The notes beneath the pieces are model-generated. The model saw nothing but the letters and a program-made list of their open reading frames with translations. It made no database searches and was not told where the DNA came from. From a virus (lineage: Duplodnaviria; Caudoviricetes), in the IMG/VR virus record IMGVR_UViG_3300025167_000062, positions 1 through 24,460 of that record: 24,460 nt of DNA, one strand, 5' to 3'. Numbering within the stretch: the first letter of the stretch is position 1; each line of letters starts with the position of its first letter. Shown one piece after another: positions 23,344-24,460 of this stretch. A program made the translations under genes and the position numbers.

Positions 23344-24460
23344 TAGTGGCCTCCTGTGTATTCGCCATATGGATTACCCGAAGCGGGTAGGTCGATATTG
23401 AACGGACCTGGGTCGAGCCGTTCCGGACCGTCCTCTTCTGGAAACGGTTGCCCTCCGTCATCTCCGTCCGGCCCCTCGCCGTCCTCGGTCTTTGGTCCTT
23501 CCAGTAGGGGACCGACGTGCTCGCTGTCGAAGTAGTCCAAGTCGGTCGGCGGCACAGGGAAGTTTTTCCAATCGTCCTCGATCTCCTCAACTGGGAGCCA
23601 GGAGAACTCGATGCGCTTTACCTTGCCGTTATCGGCGATCATGAACTTTGTGACGACGCCGCCGAGCGCTGGGTTCAGGCCGAGCTGGCGCCCCAGGTTC
23701 GTTTTTCCTTGGAAGCAGCCCGGGTGCATACCGGCCATGGGGAGCTCAGGCATCCACAGGACGATGTGCAGGTGGCCGGCGACCAGTAGGCTAGTGACCG
23801 GATTCTCTTCCCGTGCGATCGCCGCTTGGAGCGCCTCTACCGCCAGTGTCTCGAGGCCTTTTTGCAGGCGGTAGGACTTGGCGTACGGGAGCCCGCCGCG
23901 TGGGTGCCACATCCGAACGTACACTTTGTCCGTGAGCCACAGCCCGGCGCTGTCGTAGCCTAGGTACTCCATATCATCTCGATTGTCGGCCAGGAGTCGT
24001 ACCGGATCCACACCGCTGTGGACCACGTGCGACCAATCGTGGTTTCCGCCCAACGTGTGCCAGGTGGCGCCATCAAGACGCGGGATGTATTGGTCGGCGA
24101 GCCAGACCTGGTTTTGTGTTGCTCGCCACGCACTGTGCCTCGCCCACGGCCGCGCCTCGAGGAGCAAGTCTTCCTCTTGGCCGCGATAGATGTAGACGCC
24201 CGCAGTGATGTCGCCTGGTTGGCAGAAGTGCCGGACGCCGTACTCCTCGTACATGATGCGGGCTACGGACAAGATTCCGCTCGGTTGGGAGTGCCGATCG
24301 CCGGCGTGCATGTCGGAGACCCACCCGATGGAGATCCACGTGCCGGGCCCGTCAGCCAGGGTCTTTGCGGGCGTGGCGACGCGCGGACGGACGAACTTCA
24401 CCGCCGACACCGCGTCGTTGGACCTCATGAAGACGTACCCCGAGGCCTCGAATTCGTCTA
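23343..24460 (-). CDS. Calcineurin-like metallophosphoesterase (5'-truncated by the window edge)
   Basis: All five MPE motifs: SDMH, GDITAG, GNHD, MWHP, GHLH. The frame stays open upstream of ATG 24428 to the window end (DEFEASGYVF). Confidence 0.9.
   Translation of the reverse strand, partial: DEFEASGYVFMRSNDAVSAVKFVRPRVATPAKTLADGPGTWISIGWVSDMHAGDRHSQPSGILSVARIMYEEYGVRHFCQPGDITAGVYIYRGQEEDLLLEARPWARHSAWRATQNQVWLADQYIPRLDGATWHTLGGNHDWSHVVHSGVDPVRLLADNRDDMEYLGYDSAGLWLTDKVYVRMWHPRGGLPYAKSYRLQKGLETLAVEALQAAIAREENPVTSLLVAGHLHIVLWMPELPMAGMHPGCFQGKTNLGRQLGLNPALGGVVTKFMIADNGKVKRIEFSWLPVEEIEDDWKNFPVPPTDLDYFDSEHVGPLLEGPKTEDGEGPDGDDGGQPFPEEDGPERLDPGPFNIDLPASGNPYGEYTGGH

Larger units (their letters stand above)
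1..24460 (-). mobile_element. Tailed phage/prophage genome segment (replication, accessory and DNA-packaging/head modules)
   Basis: TerL, portal, gpF-like protein, prohead protease and primase-helicase; unidirectional, tightly overlapped small genes; no host housekeeping synteny. No integrase or att site is in the window, so free phage versus prophage cannot be decided. Confidence 0.95.

Noticed and set aside
7-24189. Numerous long plus-strand ORFs (e.g. 273-1526, 1411-2556, 5828-6748, 10522-11547)
   Set aside because: Antisense shadows of GC-rich minus-strand genes; no recognisable motifs or SD sites, and biased composition.
1-24460. tRNA/rRNA genes, integrase/att sites, stop-codon reassignment
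   Set aside because: Intergenic gaps are too short or lack cloverleaf motifs; no recombinase seen; TGA, TAG and TAA all end genes cleanly under code 11.

Overview
A 24.5-kb GC-rich fragment of a tailed dsDNA bacteriophage or prophage (Caudoviricetes). All credible genes lie on the minus strand and are mostly coupled by ATGA/GTGA/TAATG overlaps. In transcription order (right to left) there are four blocks. (1) A nucleotide/nucleic-acid processing block: 5'-truncated calcineurin-like metallophosphoesterase, DUF5664-type dATP/dGTP diphosphohydrolase, NDT-fold DUF4406/DUF1937-like protein and PD-(D/E)xK nuclease. (2) An operon led by an un-annotated ribbon-helix-helix regulator, carrying membrane/lipoproteins, a complete FtsH-like AAA+ Zn protease, an Rnl2-like RNA ligase, a HExxH metallohydrolase and an HNH nuclease. 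(3) A TET-associated-type glycosyltransferase (TAGT) with a partner gene, coupled to a RepB/AEP primase-SF3 helicase and followed by a 114-bp AT-rich palindrome (candidate origin or packaging site). (4) The packaging/head module: TerS-like gene, six small genes, TerL, HK97-type portal with a long C-terminal extension, two fibre/adhesin-like genes inside the head module, a SPP1 gp7/Mu gpF-like protein and an HK97-type prohead protease. The most unusual features are the portal-extension plus adhesin cassette, the phage-borne FtsH membrane cassette, the TAGT locus lacking a visible base-hydroxylating partner, and the palindrome. All family assignments come from motif recognition by eye; no database searches were run.
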